Shown in pieces: positions 1 to 8,348 of a stretch of DNA of 64,000 nucleotides. The first letter of the stretch is position 1. Every line of letters starts with the position of its first letter. The position numbers were made by a program, and so were the translations under genes. This DNA comes from Pirellulaceae bacterium (lineage in GTDB: Bacteria > Planctomycetota > Planctomycetia > Pirellulales > Pirellulaceae): assembly GCA_041749395.1 (NCBI GenBank), contig JBGTBJ010000096.1:111-64110 (forward strand), written 5' to 3'. The notes under the pieces are model-generated. The model worked only from the letters and a program-made list of their open reading frames with translations, was not told the origin of the DNA and searched no databases.

Positions 1-1
1 T

Positions 2-109
2 AAACCGGATTATAAAACCGGTCCGAGGATAGGGGTTGACTATGCCGGGGAGTATTGGAAAAATAAACCATGGAGATACTTTTGTTCACCCCCAACCCTT
101 ATTTCTTGA
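2..109 (+). CDS. mpg: DNA-3-methyladenine glycosylase (MPG family), C-terminal fragment, 5'-truncated by the window edge
   Basis: Not in the ORF track. Manual translation gives KPDYKTGPRIGVDYAGEYWKNKPWRYFCSPPTLIS*. GPRIGVDYAG...PWR(Y/F) is the characteristic MPG C-terminal motif. The stop overlaps the convergent ORF ending at 99. Confidence 0.75.
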   Translation, partial: KPDYKTGPRIGVDYAGEYWKNKPWRYFCSPPTLIS

Positions 110-1202
110 GCGAAGCTATCCTGAAAAGCTTGTCCACCTTAATATGCAGTGTCATTGCATTATCGAAGCGTTTCAGGTCAGTATCGTAATACCCGTCAAA
201 TCCGAAGAATAATTCGAAAAAATCACTGTGGGGAAGCCTTATATTCAATGATCCCGTTATAAGCTTCCGTTCGGGGATAACCAGGTTATCGTAACGGCCG
301 GAGACTGAACCGAAAATAAAATTGCCATCGGGAGCATAATAATCATGCGAGCTCCAGTATCCGGTTTCCAGTTTGCCTATACTGCAGGAAAAGAACAATT
401 TATGCCACCCGGCATATCCACGCCCGATGCCCGAAGGGGCATTGTCAGTAAGGCAATTTCCCATGAAAAAGATCGATTCGGCTCCGGCACTGATGTCTTT
501 CGTCCGGCTGAGGGCAACACTTACCCTGCCGCCTGCTGCAAGATTGAGATATGTCTCCACCTGTTCCGGATAATCACTTATTTGTCCTCCGAAATGCTTA
601 ATCTGCATCTGGACAGGCACTTCCAGGGTGATGAGGCCCGATATTCCGGGTGAAATATACCTGAATGATTCGCCCGCCGTAAAGATCTCCCTTTCAGCAT
701 CGCCCCTGAAAATATAGTTTTCCCATCTAAGCCATGTATCGCTGAAAATGTGCTCATTCAATGTCACAAGCTGAAGCCCGTCCTCCGAGAAAGCATTATA
801 GATCCTTTCCCTGTTGAAATGGGGATCGAAAAGTGAGTGTTCATCACTGCCCGACAATGAACCTATAGTGAAACGTGTATTATCTGAAAAATGCCAGGAG
901 GTCGAGAAAACAGGCTTGACAAGCGAGAATTTATTGGTGCCTGAATAACTCAGGAGATGAGCTCCAAGCCTTATCTCTGCTTTTCCGGAGGGCCTGTAAA
1001 CAAGCTCAGGCTCTATAAACCAGCCGATAAGCGTATAACCTTCAATTATCGGATTCGAGTATTCGTTGTTCCTTACAAAATTTGTGTTCCTGAAATTAAG
1101 AAAAAGGTCACCGTCTGATCCTGATCCGCCTGAATTAACCTGTCCGCCGACAGGCAAAACACCAAGAAAAAGAATGAGTGATGCAATTGCGCAATGTCTC
1201 AT
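99..1202 (-). CDS. Secreted or outer-membrane hypothetical protein (Bacteroidota-type)
   Basis: ORF 99..1244. The likely start is ATG at 1202 (MRHCAIASLILFLGVLPVGGQ, a signal peptide ending before Gln). Aromatic- and Gly-rich beta-strand pattern suggests a beta-barrel. Confidence 0.65.
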   Translation of the reverse strand: MRHCAIASLILFLGVLPVGGQVNSGGSGSDGDLFLNFRNTNFVRNNEYSNPIIEGYTLIGWFIEPELVYRPSGKAEIRLGAHLLSYSGTNKFSLVKPVFSTSWHFSDNTRFTIGSLSGSDEHSLFDPHFNRERIYNAFSEDGLQLVTLNEHIFSDTWLRWENYIFRGDAEREIFTAGESFRYISPGISGLITLEVPVQMQIKHFGGQISDYPEQVETYLNLAAGGRVSVALSRTKDISAGAESIFFMGNCLTDNAPSGIGRGYAGWHKLFFSCSIGKLETGYWSSHDYYAPDGNFIFGSVSGRYDNLVIPERKLITGSLNIRLPHSDFFELFFGFDGYYDTDLKRFDNAMTLHIKVDKLFRIASLKK

Positions 1203-1220
1203 AAAACAATCTATGTCAGA

Positions 1221-1228
1221 CAAAAGTA
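1221..1228 (-). promoter_or_regulatory. Possible Bacteroidota housekeeping promoter -7 element (TAnnTTTG)
   Basis: Minus strand reads TACTTTTG about 19 nt upstream of the ATG at 1202. No convincing -33 TTTG at the canonical spacing. Confidence 0.3.
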
Positions 1229-1333
1229 ACAAAATAAGTTTCAAGTTAAAATGAAGTTAAAAAGTGTATTGATTATGCGCAAGTAATATTTTTTTGCGTT
1301 CTTTGTTTCCTTGATAATCAAACAGCAACAGTC

Positions 1334-3337
1334 ATGAATTCAATCCGGGGCAATTTCCGCCGTTTAAATACAATCACCGGATGGGTTCTATTCGCAGTTT
1401 CAGCCTTCGTTTACCTGCTTACCATCGAACCAACGGTGAGTTTCTGGGATTGCGGTGAATTCATTCTATCTTCTTTCAGGCTTCAGGTGGGTCATCCTCC
1501 CGGCGCTCCCCTGTTTCTTATGATCGGCCGTATTGCCACTCTGTTCGCACTGGGCGATGTGTCGAAGGTTGCGATGATGATGAATGCACTTTCAGCAATT
1601 TGCAGCGGTTTTGCAATAATGTTCCTTTTCTGGACAATTACCCACCTTGTCAGGAAGGTTTACAGCACCGGCGATGAGACAGTATCCTCGTATATTCCTA
1701 TACTGGGAAGCGGAATAATCGGCGCCCTCGCTTACACTTTCTCAGATACTTTCTGGTTTTCGGCAGTCGAGGGTGAGCTTTATGCACTTTCATCACTCGT
1801 AACAGGACTTGTTTTCTGGGGGATGCTTAAATGGGAGGAAGAGGCTGATAAGCCCTGGTCAGGAAGATGGATAATCCTGATCGCATATATAATGGGTCTC
1901 GGGCTGGGCATTCACAGGCTTAACCTGCTGGTTCTACCGGTACTTTTCTTTGTGTTTTATTTCCGCAAATATGAAGTTACCGCAAAGGGGGTTGTAAAAA
2001 CACTGCTCCTTGCCGGATTAACCCTTTACCTGATGGTTTTCGTTCTGATTCCCGGAGTTCCGAAGGTCGCCGGATGGTTTGAACTTTTCTTTGTCAACAC
2101 CATCGGGCTGCCTTATAACAGCGGACTCCTTTTCTTCATAATTATCCTGACTGCCGCACTTGTCCTGGGCATCAGGTACTCACTTAAAAGCGGGCGGTTT
2201 ATATTGAACTATGCCATTACAGCCATCGCTGTAATAATGATCGGATATTCATCATATGCAATGATAATGATCAGGTCATCAGCCAGGCCGCCCATGAACC
2301 AGAATAATCCATCCGACATATTTTCTTTGTCGTATTACATTAATATGGAGCAATACGGAAGCTCTCCGAAGGTTTACGGGCACTATTACAGCGCTCCAAT
2401 AGTTGACGTGAAAAGCGTTGTTGCAGGATATAACAAGACAGGTGGAAAATATAAACCTTATTTCCGTCCGGAATATGAGTACAACAAGGAATTCATGACA
2501 ATCTTCCCAAGGATGTACAGCTCCGATCCTGAGCACGAGAAGGCCTATCAGTACTGGGGAAAGATTAAGGGAAGGAGGTTTTCTGTTACCTCCGGATCGG
2601 ACAAGGAGATAATTGTTTGTCCTACATTTGGCGAGAATCTCAGGTATTTTTTCAGGTATCAGACAGGGTTCATGTACCTCCGGTACTTTATGTGGAATTT
2701 TGCCGGCAGGCAGAACGACAGCCAGGGCAACGGGAACCCCATCCAGGGCAACTGGATCAGCGGGATTAATTTCATAGATGAGGCCAGGCTGGGCAGCCTC
2801 GACAATATTCCGGGCGATCTCCGGGACAATCCCGGAAGGAACACCTATTTTTTTCTTCCGCTGCTTCTGGGCATCGCCGGAATGATTTGGCAGTACAGGA
2901 AAGACAGGAAAGGTTTCTGGCTTGTTCTCTCTTTTTTCCTGATGACCGGAGTGGCAATAATATTCTATCTGAACCAGTATCCGAATCAGCCCAGGGAACG
3001 TGATTATGCATATGCCGGATCGTTTTATGCCTTTTCAGTCTGGATCGGCCTTGGATTCATGCTTGTATATGAATACATAAGAAAACTGACCGGTGAAAAG
3101 CCGGCAGCTCTAATAGTATTCATTATACTTCTTCTTGCTGTTCCTGTGCTGATGGCCGATCAGAACTGGGACGATCACGACCGTTCCGGCCGTTATACGG
3201 CACGTGATATAGGAGCCAATTATCTACTGTCGTGTGCCCCGAACAGCATTCTTTTCACATATGGCGACAATGATTCATTTCAGGTCTGGTACGTCCAGGA
3301 TGTCGAGAAGGTCAGAACCGATGTACGTGTTGGTTAA
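1334..3337 (+). CDS. DUF2723 / TMEM260-like membrane glycosyltransferase (GT-C fold), 3'-truncated at the sequence junction
   Basis: Motifs TIEPTVSFWDCGEFI, QVGHPPGAPLF, FWFSAVEGELYA, QPRERDYAYAGSF, DWDDHDRS-like NWDDHDRS and FTYGDNDSF. The ORF stops abruptly after VRTDVRV where homologues continue. Confidence 0.85.
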   Translation: MNSIRGNFRRLNTITGWVLFAVSAFVYLLTIEPTVSFWDCGEFILSSFRLQVGHPPGAPLFLMIGRIATLFALGDVSKVAMMMNALSAICSGFAIMFLFWTITHLVRKVYSTGDETVSSYIPILGSGIIGALAYTFSDTFWFSAVEGELYALSSLVTGLVFWGMLKWEEEADKPWSGRWIILIAYIMGLGLGIHRLNLLVLPVLFFVFYFRKYEVTAKGVVKTLLLAGLTLYLMVFVLIPGVPKVAGWFELFFVNTIGLPYNSGLLFFIIILTAALVLGIRYSLKSGRFILNYAITAIAVIMIGYSSYAMIMIRSSARPPMNQNNPSDIFSLSYYINMEQYGSSPKVYGHYYSAPIVDVKSVVAGYNKTGGKYKPYFRPEYEYNKEFMTIFPRMYSSDPEHEKAYQYWGKIKGRRFSVTSGSDKEIIVCPTFGENLRYFFRYQTGFMYLRYFMWNFAGRQNDSQGNGNPIQGNWISGINFIDEARLGSLDNIPGDLRDNPGRNTYFFLPLLLGIAGMIWQYRKDRKGFWLVLSFFLMTGVAIIFYLNQYPNQPRERDYAYAGSFYAFSVWIGLGFMLVYEYIRKLTGEKPAALIVFIILLLAVPVLMADQNWDDHDRSGRYTARDIGANYLLSCAPNSILFTYGDNDSFQVWYVQDVEKVRTDVRVG

Positions 3338-5053
3338 GCCTACGTTGAGGGGTGACGAGGCGCTGAGGCGAAAGTCATAGATCCCTTTCTGTTTTTCCCA
3401 GTAGTCAGGGCCAATGGACTTGGCAAAGTTGATATCGATATCCGTTGCCAGGGGAGGGTCGGTGGGGAGGCCAATGAAGTCAGCGCCTAAGACGTCGGCG
3501 AGCGCGAAGTTTTCTCGGACATCACCGAATTCGTTAAATCGCGACGTATCCAGCGAGGCAACGAGTCCACCTCCGTTGGTAACAAATTCTCTCACTGCTG
3601 TGATTTGCTGATCGCTTAGGCACGCCGCGTTGGGTAGCATGAGAACGGAATAGGGCGCCAAGTCGTCCGCATTCAGGTTCCAGTCATTCAGGACGGTGAC
3701 CGGAAGATGTTCTTCGACTGCTGCGCGAAACATACCCAACACGTTTGCCATGTAACGCTGTTCGACGAGTCCCGAAGAGCGACCATAAAAGTTCCTCGTG
3801 TTGTCGCTCATCAGTATTGCGGCCCAGGGCTCGGGCGATTTATTGATGATCCAAGGTTTGCGAGCCTGAATAGCATCCATCGTTTTGTAAAGCGAGGCTT
3901 GTAGTCGCTCGGGTTGCCCGACTGCGATACTTGGCTGGGCACCATAGGTGAGCGCCAGGAGCATCCGACGTTCAATTTCGTGGGGTGGGAAACTGTCTTT
4001 GCCGTAGGGATTTCCATGGCTCAGGATGTAGGGTTCGCTGAAGGCGACACGATGATTGGTCGTGGCCCACATATAGGCATTGGTGAAGGCAGGCAGAATC
4101 GTGGTGCCTCGGTTCGATTCATCCATCCAAAACTCTTGGTCGGGAGCATCGAGCAGCAGGTTCATTCTTGAGGGCATATTGCGGGGAATGCTTAGGAAAT
4201 GACCAAAGCGTCCTGCATTCGTGGTCCAAGTGACGAGGGCTACCTCGGGTTTGATTCCTTTCAGTCGCGTCTGCATCCGTTGAATGAGATTTTCCATGCG
4301 ACGATCCGCCCAATGTTGATAGCGACGGAATGCGGGGTCTTCCATGTCGACCGCTGGGATCTCTTGTTGTGTATCGGTGCGATACGCATCACGGCAATGT
4401 TTGCAGTAGCACACACCGCCGTAGTGCAAACCGTCGAAGCTGAACGCGTCGACTTGTGGGTATTGTTCGAGAATTTCAGCGAGGACATCGATGAAGAACT
4501 CGCCATAGGGGCCTAGCAAGCACAGCATGCCGCCGTAGGGATGTTGTTGAAGATCGACCTCTGGAATGTCTGTCGTGTTGGTGGCAATGCGTCGCCAATC
4601 CGGATGATTTGCATAGGCTTCGCCCTGTAAGCATGGCGGATAAACCGCCAAGATATGGATGCCTAATTTTTGATATTGGGCGATGTCTTCTTCGATGCGT
4701 CCCAGCGGTACGTGGGGACTGCGTCGATGAAGAAGTTTGCTGTCGTAATAGGGATAGAAGGGATCGACAAAATTCATCTCGCTGATCGTGACGCCGTGGC
4801 TGGCTGCGGCCGCACGCGCGTCGAGCCCCATTCCCGAAAGGGTATAACCACAACCGACAGTCGACCGAAGCCAGGTGGGGATACGAATAGAATAGAAGGG
4901 ATCTTTTTCGAAGGGCTCGGGTGAGATCTGCTGATCCCAGATCGTCGTTGCAGGAGCCTGGGCCAGAGCAGGAGCTTGGGCCAGAGCAGGCGAGTTGCAG
5001 AGCGAGAGGAGCGCGCCGGTCAGCCAGGCAAGACTAAATGCGAAGCGATGCAT
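3332..5053 (-). CDS. Secreted glycoside-hydrolase-like protein (GHL6-like TIM barrel plus beta-galactosidase trimerisation/GATase-like domain), 3'-truncated at the junction
   Basis: ORF 3275..5053. Signal peptide, FSFDGLHY, CYCKHC cluster, and LMLPNAACLSDQQITAVREFVTNGGGLVAS (trimerisation domain). The last ~20 codons of the ORF are antisense of the DUF2723 gene. Confidence 0.65.
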
Positions 5054-5086
5054 GGTGATCTCGTTGAGGAGCGTCGAGCCGAAAAA

Positions 5087-6502
5087 TTAAGCGAAGAGTT
5101 CGTGAATGACTTTACCCGCCGTGATTTTATGGGGGCGATTTTCACGATCGTTCAGTGTGAGATCGGTTGGGATACCCAAGGCATGAATAATGGTGGTCGC
5201 GAAATCCAAGGGGCTAACTGGATCACGTTCGGGATAGGCAGCATGTGCATCGCTGGCACCGTAGATCGCACCACCGGAAATTCCACCGCCGGCCATCAAT
5301 CCGCTGTAGCATCGGGGCCAATGTTCTCGACCCGCATTCGCTTCTGTGATTTGTGGTTTTCTGCCGAACTCGCCAACCCAGACGACCAGCGTTTCGTCCA
5401 GCATATTTCGTTCCTGCAGGTCTTCGAGCAGAGTGGCGAGTGCTTGATCGGCTGGAGGGATGAGATCGTTTTTGAGGCGATTGAAATTGTCGCCGTGCGT
5501 ATCCCAGAAATTACGACCATCGTTGTGCCAGTTGACCGTGACGAGAGGTACGCCATTCTCGACCAATCGACGTGCCATCAACACGCATTGCCCATGAATA
5601 TTGCGGCCGTAGCGGTCGCGAGTTTGATCGGTCTCGCTTGCCAGGTCAAATGCCTGACGTACGCGCGGAGATGCGAGTAATTCGAAGGCGCGTCGCTGAT
5701 GATCTTGAAGATTCTGTGATGCTTGCGCCTGATGAAGTTTTTGAGTTTGCACATCGAGAAGTTTGAGAAGTTGGAAACGCGATTCCAAGCGTGATAGAGT
5801 CATATCCTGGGGGAGGCTCAGGCCGGAGGGAGTCCAAGCCGGGTCATTGGGATCGCCCGATAACAGTAAGCCGTCGTGGCTAGGGCCCAACCATCCGCCA
5901 TGCTGGCCCGGAGCTTCACCGCCGGGTGCGGCCGGATGTAAGGCTTTCCAGGGCAAGGTTACAAAGGAGGGAAGCCCGTTGGTGGAAGGCTGCAAACGAG
6001 ACAGGAGCGCGCCGATATGGGGTGAGTCGCGATCGCTAGGGGGCGTAGCATCGCTACGAATGACGGGCGCCCACTGGCCTGTGACCGTTGCATGACCACT
6101 GGAAAGGTGCGCCGGGTCGTCATGGGCGAGCGAGCGAATGAGCGCAATTTTGTCAGTCTGTTGTGCAAGCTTCGTAAAGTGCTCGCAAATTTGAAATCCA
6201 GGGACCTTGGTGGCAATCGGTTGAAACGGGCCACGAATGGTATCCGGTGCATTGGGTTTCAAGTCGAATGTGTCGAGCTGGCTGGGTCCGCCCCACATGA
6301 ACAGGAATATACAGGCTTTCGCTTTTTTCCTCGGTGAATGCGATGCAGCTTGTTGCGAGGCCAGCAAAGTCGAGAGATTCAATGGGAGAGAGAGTCCCAA
6401 AGAACCGAGTGCACCCGCTTGCAATAGATGTCGCCGAGACATTTGCGACATCCGCTTGAACTCGTGGCATCCGTGAGGGTTCGATGTGCGGGAGCGATTC
6501 AT
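5087..6502 (-). CDS. DUF1501 domain-containing protein (Tat-type signal)
   Basis: ORF 5087..6625, likely start ATG 6502. Motifs SRRHLLQAG, KACIFLFMWGGPSQLDTFDLKP, WDTHGDNF, GEFGRKP and GREHWP are typical of planctomycete DUF1501. Confidence 0.9.
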   Translation of the reverse strand: MNRSRTSNPHGCHEFKRMSQMSRRHLLQAGALGSLGLSLPLNLSTLLASQQAASHSPRKKAKACIFLFMWGGPSQLDTFDLKPNAPDTIRGPFQPIATKVPGFQICEHFTKLAQQTDKIALIRSLAHDDPAHLSSGHATVTGQWAPVIRSDATPPSDRDSPHIGALLSRLQPSTNGLPSFVTLPWKALHPAAPGGEAPGQHGGWLGPSHDGLLLSGDPNDPAWTPSGLSLPQDMTLSRLESRFQLLKLLDVQTQKLHQAQASQNLQDHQRRAFELLASPRVRQAFDLASETDQTRDRYGRNIHGQCVLMARRLVENGVPLVTVNWHNDGRNFWDTHGDNFNRLKNDLIPPADQALATLLEDLQERNMLDETLVVWVGEFGRKPQITEANAGREHWPRCYSGLMAGGGISGGAIYGASDAHAAYPERDPVSPLDFATTIIHALGIPTDLTLNDRENRPHKITAGKVIHELFA

Positions 6503-6504
6503 AA

Positions 6505-6591
6505 GGCGGGGGAGGGCAGGAGGCAGGAGGGGAGCAGGGCAGGCAGGGCAGGTCGGTGCAGGCAAGGCAGGTCGGTGCAGGCAGGGCAGGG
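6505..6591 (+). repeat. G-rich GCAGG low-complexity tract with a 19-bp tandem duplication
   Basis: G-runs at 6508-12, 6514-16, 6529-32, 6537-39 and 6546-48. GCAGGTCGGTGCAGGCA(A/G)G occurs at 6548-6566 and 6567-6585. Confidence 0.85.
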
Positions 6592-6687
6592 TATCATTGT
6601 AGCATGGGCCATCGTTGCAGAACATTCAAGAACTCCCATGGGGGAGGGTTGCTGTTGACCTGCCTGATTTTGGGGTAAGATCTCTGC

Positions 6688-8322
6688 ATGTATCTGCTTG
6701 AAAACCCAGTGCTGCAGCGCGAATTGCTGGTCAATCTCCGGACCAAGCGTGCTTTCGTACTATTGGCCGCCTATCAATTGATTTTGGCGGCCGTGGTGTT
6801 AGTTGCCTGGCCCGATGCCGAGCGATTGGATCTAACGCAGAATCCGCCCAGTGCCAAAAGGCTGGTGAACTTGTTTTTTCTTGGCCAATATGTGTTGGCC
6901 TCTTTGATGGCGCCCAGTTTTGCCGCCGGGGCGATTTCGGGTGAGAAAGAGCGAAAGACTTACGAGATGCTGTTGGCTAGTCCGTTGCGGCCGGTCGCAA
7001 TTGTCATTGGCAAGATGGTGGCATCGCTGACGCATCTTGGGATGTTGATCTTGGCATCGCTACCGATCATCGTCCTTTGCTTGCCGCTGGGAGGTGTGAG
7101 TGTATACGAAGTTCTCGCTGCATATCTTGGCTTGATCGTTTCGGTCATCGTGTTTGGCGCCATCGGAGTTGCATGCAGCAGTTATTTCAAGCGAACGAGC
7201 GCTTCATTGGTCGTTAGCTATCTGCTGATATTACCCCTCGTTCTGGCCGCAATTTTGCTGTGGAGTTGGTTAGAGAAGGATGGTGAATTGCGATTGAAGC
7301 TGGCGCTGACAGTTGTGCCTGCCTATGGAATCGCAGCAGTCGTATTGCTGTGTGCGAATGCCGCGGCCAGGATGCTCTATCCACCTGATGTTGGCAGCGA
7401 AGGGGATGAAGTTGTTGACTTGGAGCGGGAAGCCAAAGAAGCCATTGGTCTAGTGATCCAACGCGATCAATTCCCTGATCGATTATTTGCGCCACCCAAG
7501 AAGCAAGAATTGATGAGGGATGGCAGCAACCCGGTTTATGACAAAGAGATTCACAGCGAGATTTTTAGTCAGGGAACGCTGATGTTGCGGCTGGTCATTC
7601 AAATCAGCATGCTGCTAGCAATTCCCTTGATGGCCGTGTTGCTGTTTGCCAAGCCAAGTCTTTGTGCTTGGTACGCCGTCTATGTGATTGTTTTCAATCT
7701 CTTGGTCGGCCCGGTTTTTTCGGCAGGGAGCATGACTAGCGAACGAGAGCGCGAGACCTTGGACTTGTTATTGACGACGATTATTACTCCGGGCCAAATT
7801 CTGTGGGGCAAACTCATCGTAGGTCTGCGAGTTTCCATCGTTTTAACGAGTTTTCTCTTGTGGCCGTTGCTGTTGGGCTCGTTGATGGTAAATGAATTCT
7901 GGAGTAATTGGGCCAGTATGTTAGGGATGTTCGCGATTGTGCTGATGGCCTGTGTGGTTAATTCTGTGGTTGCGCAATTCTGCAGTTCTTTTTGCAAACG
8001 CACATCCTTCAGCCTGATGGTTACTTATTTGATCCTGCTGGCGCTGTACGCCGTGCCCACCGCAGTCGTGTTGTTGCTGCAGATTTTGAACTTTGATGCC
8101 TCCACTATCGAAGGTACGCGATGGATGGGCATAGCTAGCCCATTTGTGGCGGCGTTCTCATTACCCCTGAACGCCGAATTAAGCAGCGATCCGACGCGCG
8201 CTGTGAATTTGGGGCAGCCATTGCTCGTGGCCAGTTATTTTCTCTCGAGCGGCTTGTTGGCTTTCGTCATGATTGTCGCCATGCAATGGAAGCTAGCACG
8301 GCGAGATCAGTTTGGAGAATAG
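6688..8322 (+). CDS. ABC-2 type transporter permease with an internally duplicated permease domain
   Basis: Two copies of the ABC-2 signature: ISGEKERKTYEMLLASPL..IVIGK and MTSERERETLDLLLTTII..ILWGK. Many TM helices. Confidence 0.85.
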   Translation: MYLLENPVLQRELLVNLRTKRAFVLLAAYQLILAAVVLVAWPDAERLDLTQNPPSAKRLVNLFFLGQYVLASLMAPSFAAGAISGEKERKTYEMLLASPLRPVAIVIGKMVASLTHLGMLILASLPIIVLCLPLGGVSVYEVLAAYLGLIVSVIVFGAIGVACSSYFKRTSASLVVSYLLILPLVLAAILLWSWLEKDGELRLKLALTVVPAYGIAAVVLLCANAAARMLYPPDVGSEGDEVVDLEREAKEAIGLVIQRDQFPDRLFAPPKKQELMRDGSNPVYDKEIHSEIFSQGTLMLRLVIQISMLLAIPLMAVLLFAKPSLCAWYAVYVIVFNLLVGPVFSAGSMTSERERETLDLLLTTIITPGQILWGKLIVGLRVSIVLTSFLLWPLLLGSLMVNEFWSNWASMLGMFAIVLMACVVNSVVAQFCSSFCKRTSFSLMVTYLILLALYAVPTAVVLLLQILNFDASTIEGTRWMGIASPFVAAFSLPLNAELSSDPTRAVNLGQPLLVASYFLSSGLLAFVMIVAMQWKLARRDQFGE

Positions 8323-8348
8323 TGGAGATTCTTCATCGCCGGAATATT

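Noticed and set aside
3275-3331. Apparent overlap of the DUF2723 ORF and the GH-like ORF
   Set aside because: It is an artefact of read-through across the sequence junction, not a real overlapping gene pair.
4976-5680. Long antisense ORFs (e.g. 4976..5680, 19824..20672, 9185..9907, 31999..32871)
   Set aside because: These are shadows of well-supported genes on the opposite strand or frame in GC-rich DNA, with no family motifs.
6503-6625. Pro/Cys-rich N-terminal extension of DUF1501 (MFCNDGPC...PALPAPTCPAC)
   Set aside because: It is the translation of the GCAGG repeat tract. The family-typical start is at 6502.
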